Assembly (NCBI GenBank): GCA_951406725.2
Contig: OX597816.1
Location: forward strand, 180,668,001-180,732,000
DNA length: 64,000 bases
From: Octopus vulgaris
Lineage: Eukaryota
Direction: 5' to 3'
The translations under genes and the position numbers were made by a program. Below, one piece after another: positions 25,294 through 37,700 of the stretch. Each line of letters starts with the position of its first letter. Position 1 is the stretch's first letter. The notes under the pieces are model-generated. The model was given only the letters and a program-made list of their open reading frames with translations. It made no database searches and was not told the origin of the DNA.

Positions 25294-25667
25294 TATTACA
25301 ATGAATTTGGAAAATGAATATTGCAATTGTTTGATCAAAGGAATGGAACTATTTATTAAATTATACAATAAGTGACAAAGAATTCCAAAGGTTTGCACAT
25401 CTAATGCAATTTCCAGCCAGATTTAGTAGGATATGGTTCTGCTTGCTAATTACAAATACAGTCTATCCAACAAGCTACAAGACAGTTTCCATCTATTTTA
25501 TTTCACCCACCTGGTTTGACCAAAACCTGTGTTACAAGACACTAGCCCAAAGCTGTAATAATGAAAACAAAGAACCACCTGACTGGGTAGTGACATTTTT
25601 TTTTTAATCCACGTGTGCATGATCCCGTCACATTCAGTAATACATTAAAGATTCAGATTATGTAGAT

Positions 25668-25867
25668 CAGTGATTCTCAACTGGGGTCCCTATACGATTT
25701 TGCTGTCCAAGTTCATGTGCAATAAATTGCTTACACTTCTACAATACACAAAATATTTTGTTTTCTACACAATTCCTAATAATATTTAATATTATAGCCA
25801 TGGGCGTCCAGTCGTGTAAAATAGGAATCAAAGGAGTCCATAGACCAAAATTAGTTGAGAACCATTT
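25668..25867 (+). mobile_element. hAT (Charlie-like) MITE
   Basis: TIRs cagtgattctcaact / agttgagaaccattt; 8-bp TSD atgtagat / atgtagac. Confidence 0.88.
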
Positions 25868-27041
25868 ATGTAGACAAATTTGGAATCCAAAAGTCTAGTG
25901 ACAGGAAAAAATTTTGTGCTGGTCTCTTTAGGCTGCTTTCTACACGTATTTTATTGTTAAAATTTTGGTTCATACACACACACTCACACATGTATGTATA
26001 TGTGTTTGTATATATGTACACATATAAAACTATGATATTTGTATGTACTATTGTCTAGACATCATGGCTGTAAACAAGCATCATTGTCATAAAAGTGGTG
26101 TTTGTTTCTAGTTGCTGTAAAAAACATGTCTGGCTATAGAGAAATGTTACTTAGCTTTGAAATAGTTGAGGATTGGTGGCAGGAAGAGCATCTGGCCACA
26201 GAAAATCTGTCTCAACAAATTCCATCTCACCTGTGCCACCATGGACAATGGACATTAAATGATGCTGATAATGTATATCTATATGATGGTGCTGTTCCCA
26301 CCTCTCTGTTAGGGGGCACAAGCACTTATACACACATGACGGAAACTTCCACCAACCAAATTCAATGACAAGGCTTTGGTTGGACCAAAGCTATAGCAGA
26401 AGACACTAGCCCAAGGTACCACACAGTGGAACTGAACCTGAAACCATGTGCCTGGGAAGCAAGCTTCCTTACCACACAGTCATGCTTGCACCTACGTATA
26501 ATTAACATATAAACACACACAAATATACATACACACACATACATAAATACATACAAATACATATACATACCTATATATAAATACATTTATACATGTATAA
26601 ATATAGATACATATATAAATATACATACATATGCACACACACCTACACATACATTTTCAACCAAAGTTACTAGTACCCACAAAGTTTCAGGCCTTGTGCC
26701 TAGAGTAGATCATACTAGTAATTTTTGTCAAACTAATAAAATTCAGCTGTAGCAGCAGTGGCAACAGCAGCAGCAAATAAGAACTGGTAGACTCTATGCT
26801 GAGTTAGAATACGTTTCTTTTCGGGGAAGGGAAAATTTTTACATGCTCTTCCAAAACATGGTAATGTGGAAAAAAGCAGTTATTTGTGTGTGTGTGTGTG
26901 TGTGTGCACGTGCACATGCCTGCATGCATGCGTGTGTGATGACGGTGATAGCTAGCACATTTTTTGCACCATTAATAGACCTAAATATTCCTTATCTCTA
27001 AAGAAGAGCCTCCCCCAGCCCTCCCACAAGATGACACAGTT

Positions 27042-27077
<36 letters not shown>

Positions 27078-27729
27078 TTGCAAGAATAACAACCATCGCA
27101 ACCATTTCTAAGCATTTCATTCTTTAACAACTATCTCAAAGAATGCATCTTCAGAGACACGGTAGGATACATCTTGTTGTTGTTCATATAGTGTCCCCCC
27201 CCCCACCCTTTCTCCCACCTTTGTCAACCTTGATCAAACGGACTTAGAAATAACTACTACCTCCACCAACAATGCCACCACCACTACCACTATTACACTG
27301 TTGCTTACATCATTGTATGAAAAACAACCGAAATCTGATATCTAATTATTAGGCAGAAGGTGGTGGATGCAGAAAAAGTAGTGTTGGACAAAATGTTTTC
27401 TTTGATTACACATTTACTTATGTCTCTTCATGTTCTTCAAACCATGTGGCAGCCCGGTCCACCTTTCATCTCTCTGGACACCGGACATACTATAAGGTCA
27501 TTTCATTCAACTATACTCTTACTTACAAGTTTGTGATTTTGTGTGATTTTCATACAACCGAGTTCAACTAGTTTAATTTAATTCTTTTATTATTACTGTT
27601 GTTATTAAAAAAGACCACAAACTGGCATTATTGATGCTGGACAAGTTCTTCAGTGGCATTTCTTCCTGCTTTATGTTGGGAGTTCAAATTTCTAATCGAT
27701 CTACCCTGCCTTCAGAATTGCTGGCCTTG

Positions 27730-27763
27730 TGCAGCAGCAGCAGCAGCCGCCGCCACCGCCACC

Positions 27764-27822
<59 letters not shown>

Positions 27823-27829
27823 TATTATT
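27730..27829. repeat. Compound trinucleotide microsatellite GCA-GCC-ACC-ATC-ATT
   Basis: Read directly from the sequence. Confidence 0.95.
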
Positions 27830-29169
27830 AAGGCAGCAAGTTAACAGAATCATTAGTGTATCAAACAAAATGCTTAGCGACATTTCTTTTAGCTCTCTGT
27901 GTGGTATCAGAAAGTTCAAATTCCACCAAGGTCAACTTTGCCTTTCATTCTTTTGGGGTCAAATAAAATAAGCACCAGCTGAGAACTGAGGTTGGTGTGA
28001 TCTACTTATATGCTTCCCTAAAAAATTTGTTGGCTCTGTACTAAAATTTGAAATCATTATCATTATTATAGAGGGTATAAGAAGGGTTATTTTTTCCTTT
28101 GCTTTGTATCTCTTTCTTTTCCTTTTTCAGAAAGAAGGGGGTTTTTTTTCGTCACAATCACTCTTTGTTCCTTGCTAATACATGTAAGACAAATTTAGAT
28201 TTTTATTTTTATTAGGTAACCAGTAAACCAATAGATATGCTCTTAAATTTTCCACACAATCACAGTAATTTTGTGAATTGAAGCGAAACTTGTAATGCAC
28301 TTTGCAAGTCAAATTGTATATCAGAATATATATATCGCATACAGCACAAATTATCATATGTCACATATAAATCATTATCACGCAAAAATTACCTCATAAA
28401 TTATTGAGGAACATGGACTTTTCTTTTTATTACATATGGTTGGCTTTCCATACCACTAATTAATGAATTAAGATGTGAGCACAAAATGTCATTTCATAGA
28501 TGTAGTTACAGACATTTGATACAAGCCTGAGTATTGAGTGTCTAATACAGGGGTTCCCAATCTTCCATTTACTCCCTTGTTCATTTCTGGCGAATATATT
28601 TATCTCCAATCTGTTTTGTCAAGTAATTTCAGTTTACATTTCTACCACTTTAGAACAGTTTAGAGGAAACTTAAAATACTGTTTTTTTACAATATTATTA
28701 AATTCAAAATCAGTCTTCTAAATTAGACTACTCCACTCCATTAGCAAACAGCAATTAGGAAGTACAAAATAGACATAATTAAGTTCAAATTTGTAAAAAA
28801 AAAAAGGAATTTTTTTTCATAAAATAAACTTGTTACCAGCTTTTTTTATCACAGATTTTAAAAATTATAATTAAAAAAATATATGTACAAATCCAGAATT
28901 ATCATAATTTACTTCAACTTAGCAACTCCTGATCTTATGTTTACATACAACTAAGTGGATTTGCTAGAGGTTAGAACTCATGATACATCAAACACTGCCT
29001 AACTAGCGCACCCATTAAAAATAAGCTACTGACCTCTTTAAAATTCAAACAGTTCCTTCAATACAAGTTATATGAGTGAGTAAATGGACTGACATGTCTG
29101 AAAATTTCTATCACTGTCAGATGATGGTAAAGTCATGTTAGAGGGGTGACTGTAGTTATGACAGGTATC

Positions 29170-29217
<48 letters not shown>

Positions 29218-29392
29218 TCAGAGTCTACATATGTGACAAGAGTCATCTTGCAATGACAAGTGTCCTAGCTGCAGAGAAGCCTCAACATGTGGTAAACTTC
29301 CAACCCCACCCAAAAGAACTCTACAGATGACAAAAATTTCCAACATGTAGTGTTAACTTTACAGATGTGACAAGATCTTGTCAAAAGTGTCT

Positions 29393-29436
<44 letters not shown>

Positions 29437-29486
29437 ACTGAACTGGTGTATAGTTATGAGATTTTGACAATGATTCTCCAACCTCA

Positions 29487-31369
29487 TCACCAAATGTTAG
29501 TGACATTGTGAAAATATCCTACTTGGCTTACTTAAGGAATAAAGTTGGTGATTGTGGGCCTGCACAATGCATATAAACCCTATATCAAAAGTCTATGCCA
29601 ATGGACAAAGGGTACAAGGAAACAACTAACATTTGGTATTTCTATGATATGGTGGGATCTAAAGAACCATGTAAATGACTGCTACTTTTGTATCACAAAG
29701 ACTTCTTGTTATAGCAAGAGAAGACAACAGAAAATAAGTTACCTAAATCTAGATTCAGCAATTCATCCAGTATTTCACCCAGATGAAATACCAGTACTCG
29801 TTTTCAAGGATCTACCTTCACTGCAAGGTGAAGGTGATATATGTGAAGTAGATAGAAATCATGAACATGAGCTATGATATAGACTTTGTAGAAACATCAA
29901 CCAAAGAACGTGAAATCTTCATCCAGGCAAAACTTAAAGATTTAGTTAGAGACTTTAGGACCGTCAAAAGAGTTATCAGAACAGTTAGCTTCAAGAGTTA
30001 AAGAGAAGAATCTGTTGTAGAAAGAAACAAACATGACTTTTTATCAGAACAAGGAAAAAGATCACTTGGCATTCTTTACAAGTGGAAAAAAGTTTGTTTA
30101 CTGTTGTGACATGGCAGGACTATTAAACATGATGGGTGTTGAACAGTATGATCCTAGTGAATGGAGGCTCTTTATAAATACTTCAAAGAAGGGTCTTTAG
30201 TGTGTATTACTCTATAATGGAAACTTGTTTGGTGCACTTCTTATTGGTCAGTCTGTGCACTTAAAAGAGAATTATGATCAGAAAAAAGTTGTATTAGATT
30301 TACTTAAGTATGATGAACAAAGATGTGTGGATTTAAAAATGGTCAACTTTTTACTTGGCCAACAAGGAGGGTATACAAAATATCCGTGTTTCCTGTGATT
30401 ATGAGATAGCCAAACGAGAGACAAACATTGGAAACAGAAACTCTGGCCAGTTAGGAAAAATTTGACTGTTGGGGAGAAGAATATCATACACCAACCACTT
30501 GTTGAGCGAGAGAAAAATCATCTTTCTAGCCCTTCAAACTAGGACTAATGAAGTAATTTGCCAAAGCTCTTAATGTGGAAGGTAACTGTTTCAAATTCCT
30601 ATGTACACCATTTCTTAGCCTAAGTTATGATAAAATAACAGCTATGTTTTTGGTGGGCAACAAATCAGAAAGTTAACAAAATGCCAGAATTTCTCTGACA
30701 AAGAAAAAAGAACATGGGATTCATTTGTGACTGATGTGAAAGGATTTGGGGAGGGAGAATGAAAAGGTCGCAAACTACAAGGATTTGTTGCAGCCTAAAA
30801 GCTGTTCATCTTTTAGGCTGCAACATGAGCATAAAGCTTCATTTCTTCAATTGCCATCTTGATGAATTTTCTGCTAATCTCAGAGATGTGAGTGATGAGG
30901 ATGGTGAGTGGTTTCATCAAACAATCAAGATTATGGAGGAAAGATACCAAGGCCAATGGAACACACACATAGCAGCAGACTACTGTTGGAGTATTCAAAG
31001 AGACTGTGTAGACATGAAACACTCCACATGCTCTTGCAAGCGAACATTTTTTCCATGAATATGAAGGTGCATGTATAATGGTTTGTGCTTTATCCATCAT
31101 ATTAGAAAATTAACAGTATTTAGTGAAAGGCAATGCTATCTTACATTTCATATTCTATTGACATAACTTATGGTTTGAAGCTATAAGACTTAGTAAACTA
31201 TCCTGACCAAGTAAATTATTTAAACAATTCATCATAAAATAGAGTTATGCTATAGAATGAAAACCTGATGTGTTAGAAAAAAATGGATGCCATATTTGAA
31301 ATCAGCATCTCAAAATTAACTAAAAAAACATCACAAAACCAAAGTCAGCAAAAAAAGTGTTGACTAGTG
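29487..31369 (+). mobile_element. Chapaev3-like (CMC group) DNA transposon, 5'-truncated, transposase pseudogene
   Basis: Motifs WWDLKNHVNDCYFC, DLKMVNFLLGQQGGYTKYPCFL and LGCNMSIKLHFFNCHLD...SDEDGEWFHQ...RYQGQW...ADYCW; 3' terminus ...gttgactagtg followed by TTA (TWA-type target). Confidence 0.8.
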
Positions 31370-31529
31370 TTATTTTTCTGGTATAACACACAGAACAAAA
31401 AAATTCTATTAATGTCCAGAAAATTAATAATTCATAAAAAGTGATTACTTGCTGAACACTGAAATAAAATCCTTTAGCAAAATAAAAATATATATTAATT
31501 ACCTCTTTACTGTATTTACTCAATAAGAA

Positions 31530-32640
31530 TATTTGTGATTGATGTAGCTTCACAAGTTTTCTGATATCAGGGCCCATGATTGTTAAAGACAAGTTAAGAT
31601 CACCTCTACTTTTAAGTGATTACAAGCTTTTGGTTGTAAGAAAGACACTTAATTAAACCCTAAATTTGTATATGTATGTAGATATATTTTGAATGGTTAT
31701 AAATAATATTGATAAAAATGATGTCTAGTTGCTACTGAAAGAAAAATGTACAATAATTGAAAGAAAAGAACAATGTGGATGAAATTATTTGTTTGAAATA
31801 GTAATGCCTTTCTCAGACACCAACACATCCATGAATTCACATACAATCATTGCAGTAGTATAGTAAGTCTAAAATTAAATAAAAGCAATAAGTATTTGCT
31901 TTGTACACTAGCCTATGAAGCAAGGCTGAAGGAAACCCTAAGATACTATAAATGCTGTGGTAGAAAGGTGAAACTGCATGCAAAACAAGTGATGTGCAAT
32001 ACATACATTCTAGATTTTATGTACAGATCTAAATTTCACTATATACAGCATAATGCATGATATAATCCAAGTGAAAAAATATATAACTTGCCAATTTCAA
32101 TGATAACCAGCAAAGGTGTGCATTAGGTATTTTCTAGTGAAGTTTCTTCACCACCTAACATTTATACTATCATAATGCTTAAACTAATTTTTAATTGGCA
32201 ATTGCAAGGTTTACAGCCTCTACAACTCAATTAAGCTTCCTAGTTGTCTGATGTGAATTATCAGCTGCATTTGTTCCAAATAGATATACCACCCAACTTG
32301 GAATGTTCGTTTCCTCGGAGATCTTTCAACCTTAATTTCCATATCACTGCACAATTTCTTCAAAAGCTCAATCTACACTCACATATCATCCTCTTGTAGC
32401 TAGCTCCTCCTCAACAGTGACAAGGGTTGGAAAATGCATTGACTCTTTACACCCAATATCTATCCTGAACAGATAAAGTTTTCCAAAGAAAGCTCCAGCA
32501 GCCCCTTTGCAAATTAAAAGATTTGTATTTTTACCCTGTAGCTGTTTGTTCAGTAAACTTAGCATTTCAAATGTAACCTGGCAAGTAAAACGTGTCACAT
32601 TTGACAGCTAGGATTTTTCTCTCCAAGCTGCTTACCATTC
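31530..32640 (-). mobile_element. hAT Charlie/Buster-type transposase relic (SCAND3/ZBED8-like C-terminal half)
   Basis: FEMLSLLNKQLQGKNTNL...FPTL..., NIPSWVV, and C-terminal RGDLNLSLT..PDIRKL..HQ. Confidence 0.72.
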
Positions 32641-32982
32641 AGAAACAACACAACACTGTCTCAAAGTTCAACAAAGTGAAGCAAACAAACACCCAAAGGG
32701 ATTGTCTCTTGGTGTGTATGAACTTCAAAGCAGAAACATAACATTTAATTCATACAAGACTTATCAATGCCAACTTGGTACATTATTCATTAATGATAAA
32801 TTATACTCAAACTGTCAAATGAATCCCTTTTTATTTTTCTTTCTATCATGCTGGAGCTTAAGATATCGAAAATGCATTGTGTATGTATGTGTTTATGTTT
32901 CTGTGTGAAATTTTAAAAAATTACAGACAGCGGTGGTGCCCCAGCATGGCCACGGCCTTCGGGCTAAAACATTTTTAAGGAT

Positions 32983-33210
32983 TTAACCCTTTCGTTACCA
33001 ACCCGGCTAAAACCGGCTCTGCTCTGTAGTATAAATGTCTTCTTTACATAAGTTTTGAATTAAAATCTTCCACCAAATCTTAGTCACAATTTATGTTCTT
33101 AACACTAGCTGAATGATAACGAAGTCATTTTACTAAATTCTTTGTTATATTTAAAATAATTGAAAGAAATAGAGAGCATCTCAAAATAAATACAGTAACG
33201 AAAGGGTTAA
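32983..33210 (-). mobile_element. piggyBac-like MITE (family 2)
   Basis: TTAA-ccctttcgttac ... gtaacgaaaggg-TTAA, with perfect TIRs and TSD. Confidence 0.92.
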
Positions 33211-35439
33211 GTAATAAAGAAATTTTAAGAAGAAACAGAAAGATAGTTTTGTGGCTTCCTTCATTGAACCTGAAACCCTCGAAATCAATTTCCAAATTTT
33301 TCTGACCTTTGCCATTACCCCAGGCAGGGAAACATTGTTCTAAAAGACAAGTTCTGAGGCTTGTCATTGGCTAGCCATCAGCTTTCGATTTTTTTCAACA
33401 GGGCTGACTAAGGTTTTACTACAACAAAACAATGATAATGAATATATTTTCAAAAATACATCTATTTTACTAAATAACACCAAATTTTAGATAATTTTGA
33501 AAATGAATAGAAATTTTTAAAACTTGGTGTATTCTAATTTTGTAACTGAGTGTTATAAGGGTTAAGCATAAAAACCATAATAAAAGACACTCTAAATTCA
33601 GTTGTTTTCTTCCCCAAATTAACATCAATGATGATTTTCTTGAAGCAAAGAATTCTGATAAAAAAAAAAAAAAGAATTAAACAATTCCATAAAATTATAA
33701 TATTTTAATGTCATCATCTGATATTTCCAAATACTGAAGGGATTTAGTTGTTGTTGCTGTTTTTCACTTTTAAATTCTTTTGTCAGTTTTCACAGTTATT
33801 CTTTAAATGTCTTGCTTTTAGTTTTTCAATAATTAAGCAAAACAGAACTAACTCAAGGCACTTGATAATCATCAGTAAGAGCAAAGAACTAACAGAAAGC
33901 AGGAATATTTCAACAGAATATTGTAAAAACTTCCACTTGATGTATCTTTTAACACTTAAAGGTAACGTTATTGCTTTTACATGGTAATATTTAGAAAACT
34001 GGGTTAGGAAACTTGAAAACAAAACACTTCAACTTAATATACGTTGCTAATATGTCAGTAAGATGTTTTGATTTGTTAGGTTATAGTAATAAGCACAACA
34101 GCTACCCCACACACACACACATTATCTGGGCCAGTTCTCCCATGACACATAATTACTAATAACATAACAACTATCGCATCATGTGCACACACACACACAT
34201 GCGTACACACACATGTGCACGCACACACACACACACACACATTGACATTGCGGACTGTATCCAAAGACAAGTAATTTACTTGAGGATGGTTATGGAGCAA
34301 ATCCATTTACCACTAGATAGATACTGCTGAGTGACCTCTTCTCTTTGTTATTGCATAGTCCTCGTCCAGAACAGGTAACACAATCTGGACATGTTACTAC
34401 AATAGAATAGTGTTCTTTTGCAGGTGGAGATTTATTTCTCATCTGTATTGCACCATGAAAGTCTAAGCTTCTTTAGGGCTGAGCAAAGAAGCATCATATT
34501 TACATAAAATCTGTCTCTTCTCTCATAATAATAGTCTCTTCTTACGAACTTCCAACACATTTTATCCCTCTTTCTTTCTATTATCACTCCTCTTCTGTCT
34601 CACACTCATTATCACTTAACATCCGTTTTACATGCTGGCATGGACTGGATGGTTTGACCAGAGCTGGTGAGACCAGGGGCTGATCAGGCTTCATTGTCCA
34701 TTCTGGCAGGGTTTCTATGGCTGGATGTCCACCCTAACACCAACCACTCCACAGAGAGTAATGCGTGTTTTTATGTGGACCCCAGCACTAGTGCCTTTAA
34801 CATGGCACCAGCATGAGTACCTTTTCATGTGGTATCAGCATCTGCATCATTTCTGCTAACATGTCTGCCATGCTAACACATGAAGGACATCACAAAAGTA
34901 CAAACATTTGTCATGCTAACAACAAATCAATGTACCACACCACACAGTCTCAAATACATCTGCCATACTAGAGGACAACCTCAAATACATCTGCCATACT
35001 AATCCAGCATCGGCACTACATGATCTCAAATGCATCTGCCAAACCAACGACTCCATATTAGTACAAAAAAAACCACAGGCCAATGAGGGAGCTTCTACGT
35101 AGCAGGTAGTTTACCTTGCTAGAAATAGTAGCCAAATATCACTCAACTCACTCCTTCATACAAAATGATGGCATGGTCATGGCTGGAATGCCTTTGATAT
35201 GTCTGCTCAACAAGGGTTAAGCGAGAGTAAATGACAACAAACACATCTATTTAACAACACAAAAACTACATAACCATAAATACACCAGTTATGTATACTA
35301 TGTATACAATACTCACATGACATTATTTACCATTCCATTCATAACATATGCCACACATACCAAGTTTAATCTCTCTAGACATCTCTGGAAGTAAAATAAC
35401 CTCTTGCCAACTGGGACCGGCTGTTGTTTCTTCATAATC

Positions 35440-36070
35440 TAGCATTTACTCAGAATCTTAAGTGTCAATGTCACCCTGCTCAAAACAACATATGGGAGTT
35501 CTAAAGACAGTAACATTTCTTCCACCACTCTGCATAGGATTCCAGTCTGTCTTCTCCATCCAGTACCATGTCTACAGTCCCTGGCAATCATGGACCTTAG
35601 CTCTTTTCCATCCAACACACATCTTATCAAATTACTATATCTATCTTTCTGTAAACAGCTGGTAACTATCTTCTCTAGCCTCTTTCAGTTTTCCAGTAGC
35701 CATGAAGTGTTCAAAGATTTGCCTTTTTATACAATGTCCAATGAACGTAGCCTCCTTATGTTGTTAAGAAATTTTCTGGAGGTTTCTGTTCATCTAAGGA
35801 CTTTGAAATTTGTTACTCTAATCTATATAGAGTATCCTCAGCGTTCATCTGAGGATCCACATCTCTGCATTGATAGCTGTTTTACAATATATGTTTGATT
35901 TCATCAAAAGTAGCTTTGGTCTTTCCAATGCTTGACCTCATTTCTTTAATGTTTTTCCTTTTTCATGTGCAAACTGTTCCAAATATCTAAAGTTATCAAC
36001 TTGTTTCAATGTTGTTCCATTAATTTCTATCTTGTAAATTGGCAGCACTTTGTGATTTGTCATTCCTTTT
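35440..36070 (-). mobile_element. Old RTE LINE relic
   Basis: IEINGTTLKQVDNFRYL and AEMWILR.TLRI...VTNFKVLR motifs. Confidence 0.7.
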
Positions 36071-36519
36071 GGGACTGGGGATAGTGTGTGCTAGGTTCCA
36101 CTCTCATTATTGATAGTACTAATATTTGTCTATCACAGGAAGCTATTGCAGAAAGCTAGGTGGACTGAAGAACAGAAACAACAAAATACCAACAAAAAAT
36201 CTGAACTCACAACCTGAGACAAGCTAGTCCAATATTTTCATCCGTTTAGACATTCTTCATCTATTTATTAAAAGTTGTGATTTGGATGTTTGGTAGGACA
36301 AAGAACAAAATACCTAGTGGTCTTTTAGTCTCATTTTTTTTTTTTTCTGTAGTTTCAGCTCAGAGCTGCGGCCATGCTAATACACTCTTTCTGATATCTG
36401 AAATCCTACCAAGTCGCCCTTTCGCTTTTTGTCTATTCAATAGTAGATTAAATAAGAAGCAGTTAAGTACTTATGTCAATATCACTGACTCTGCTCCTTC
36501 TCTAAAATTTGAAGTAAAT

Positions 36520-37195
36520 TAGGATTGACTTTGCCTTTTACCCTTTCAGGTTCAATAAACTAAGTACCAGTTACGTACTGGGGTCAATGTAATCGACTCA
36601 TCTCCTCTCCCAAAATTTCAGGCCTTCTGCCTATAGTAGAAAAGATTATTATTATTATTATTATTAATAAAGGCAGCGAACTGGCAGAATCATTAGCACA
36701 CCAAGTAAAATACTTAATGGTATTTTGCCCATCACTACATTCTGAGTTCAAATTCTGCTGAGATCAACATTGCCTTTCATCCTTTCAGGGTTGATATATT
36801 AAGTACCAGTGAAATACTGGAGTCAATGTAATTTACTAATCTCCCCCCCCCCCCCAATAATTCAGGCCTTGTGCCTTTAGTAGAAAGGATTATTATTATC
36901 ATTATTATTATTATTATCATTATTATTATCATTATTATCATTATTATTATTATTATTATTATTAAAGGTGGTGAGCGGGCAGAATCGTTAGAACACCAGG
37001 CAAAATGCTTATCAACATTTCGTCCGTCTTTATGTTCTGAGTTCAAAATTCCGCTAAGGTCGATTTTGCCTTTCATACTTTTGGGATTGATAAATTAAGT
37101 ACCAGTTAAAGTACTGAGGTCTATGTAATCGACTTACCCCTTCCCCAAAAATTTCAGGCATTGTGCCTTTAGTAGAAAGGATTATTATTATTATT
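36520..37195 (+). mobile_element. Three tandem family B SINEs separated by (ATT)n tails
   Basis: Copies at ~36520-36645 (3' part), 36672-36888 and 36967-37180. Confidence 0.9.
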
Positions 37196-37700
37196 GAGTG
37201 AGAGAGCAGTTCATGCCATCAACGTGACACTGGGGTAAAATATACGAAGCCTAATATACCCATCATGACTACCCGTCTGATAAAGGTACACCAGGCACAT
37301 GCATCACAACCATATGTGCGCGACATGGTGATCTCATATCAAGAAAAACAGCACATGACCTTGCAGGTGGGGCCCAGTTGGAATCTTCTTCAGGTTGAGT
37401 AGCCCATCCCACTCAAACGGTCCCTGAATAAGGGTTGTTTAAGGATGTTGAAAAAACCACACATGTTTCCAGAGGTAAATTATTCAAACCCCAAAGAATC
37501 CCTCTCAACACATGGCTATGATGCTCCCCCACTACTTCTGCTCGTGATCAGAGATGCACATATCGTCAGCCACTAAGGGACATGCTCAACTGGTTAAGGT
37601 CAAGCAACTGACAAGCAAATCTGTGGTATTGAGCAGAATATTTGCTGTAGCCCATCTTTTATACCAAGACAAAACAATGTACATGATAACACTTCCAATC
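37196..37700 (-). mobile_element. ~500-bp element embedded in (ATT)n; probable non-LTR retrotransposon 3' end
   Basis: More GC-rich than its flanks, sharply bounded by (ATT)n on both sides, no convincing ORF; single copy in the window. Confidence 0.5.

Noticed and set aside
27631-27971. Poly-His/Gln/Pro/Ser ORFs
   Set aside because: Products of the compound microsatellite flanked by SINEs.
28548-28982. Possible hAT MITE starting caggggttcccaa
   Set aside because: Right TIR is weak and there is no matching 8-bp TSD.
34850-35060. Repeated ctcaaatacatctgccatacta with variable spacers
   Set aside because: Only 3-5 degenerate units with irregular spacing in eukaryotic DNA and no cas genes; a minisatellite, not CRISPR.
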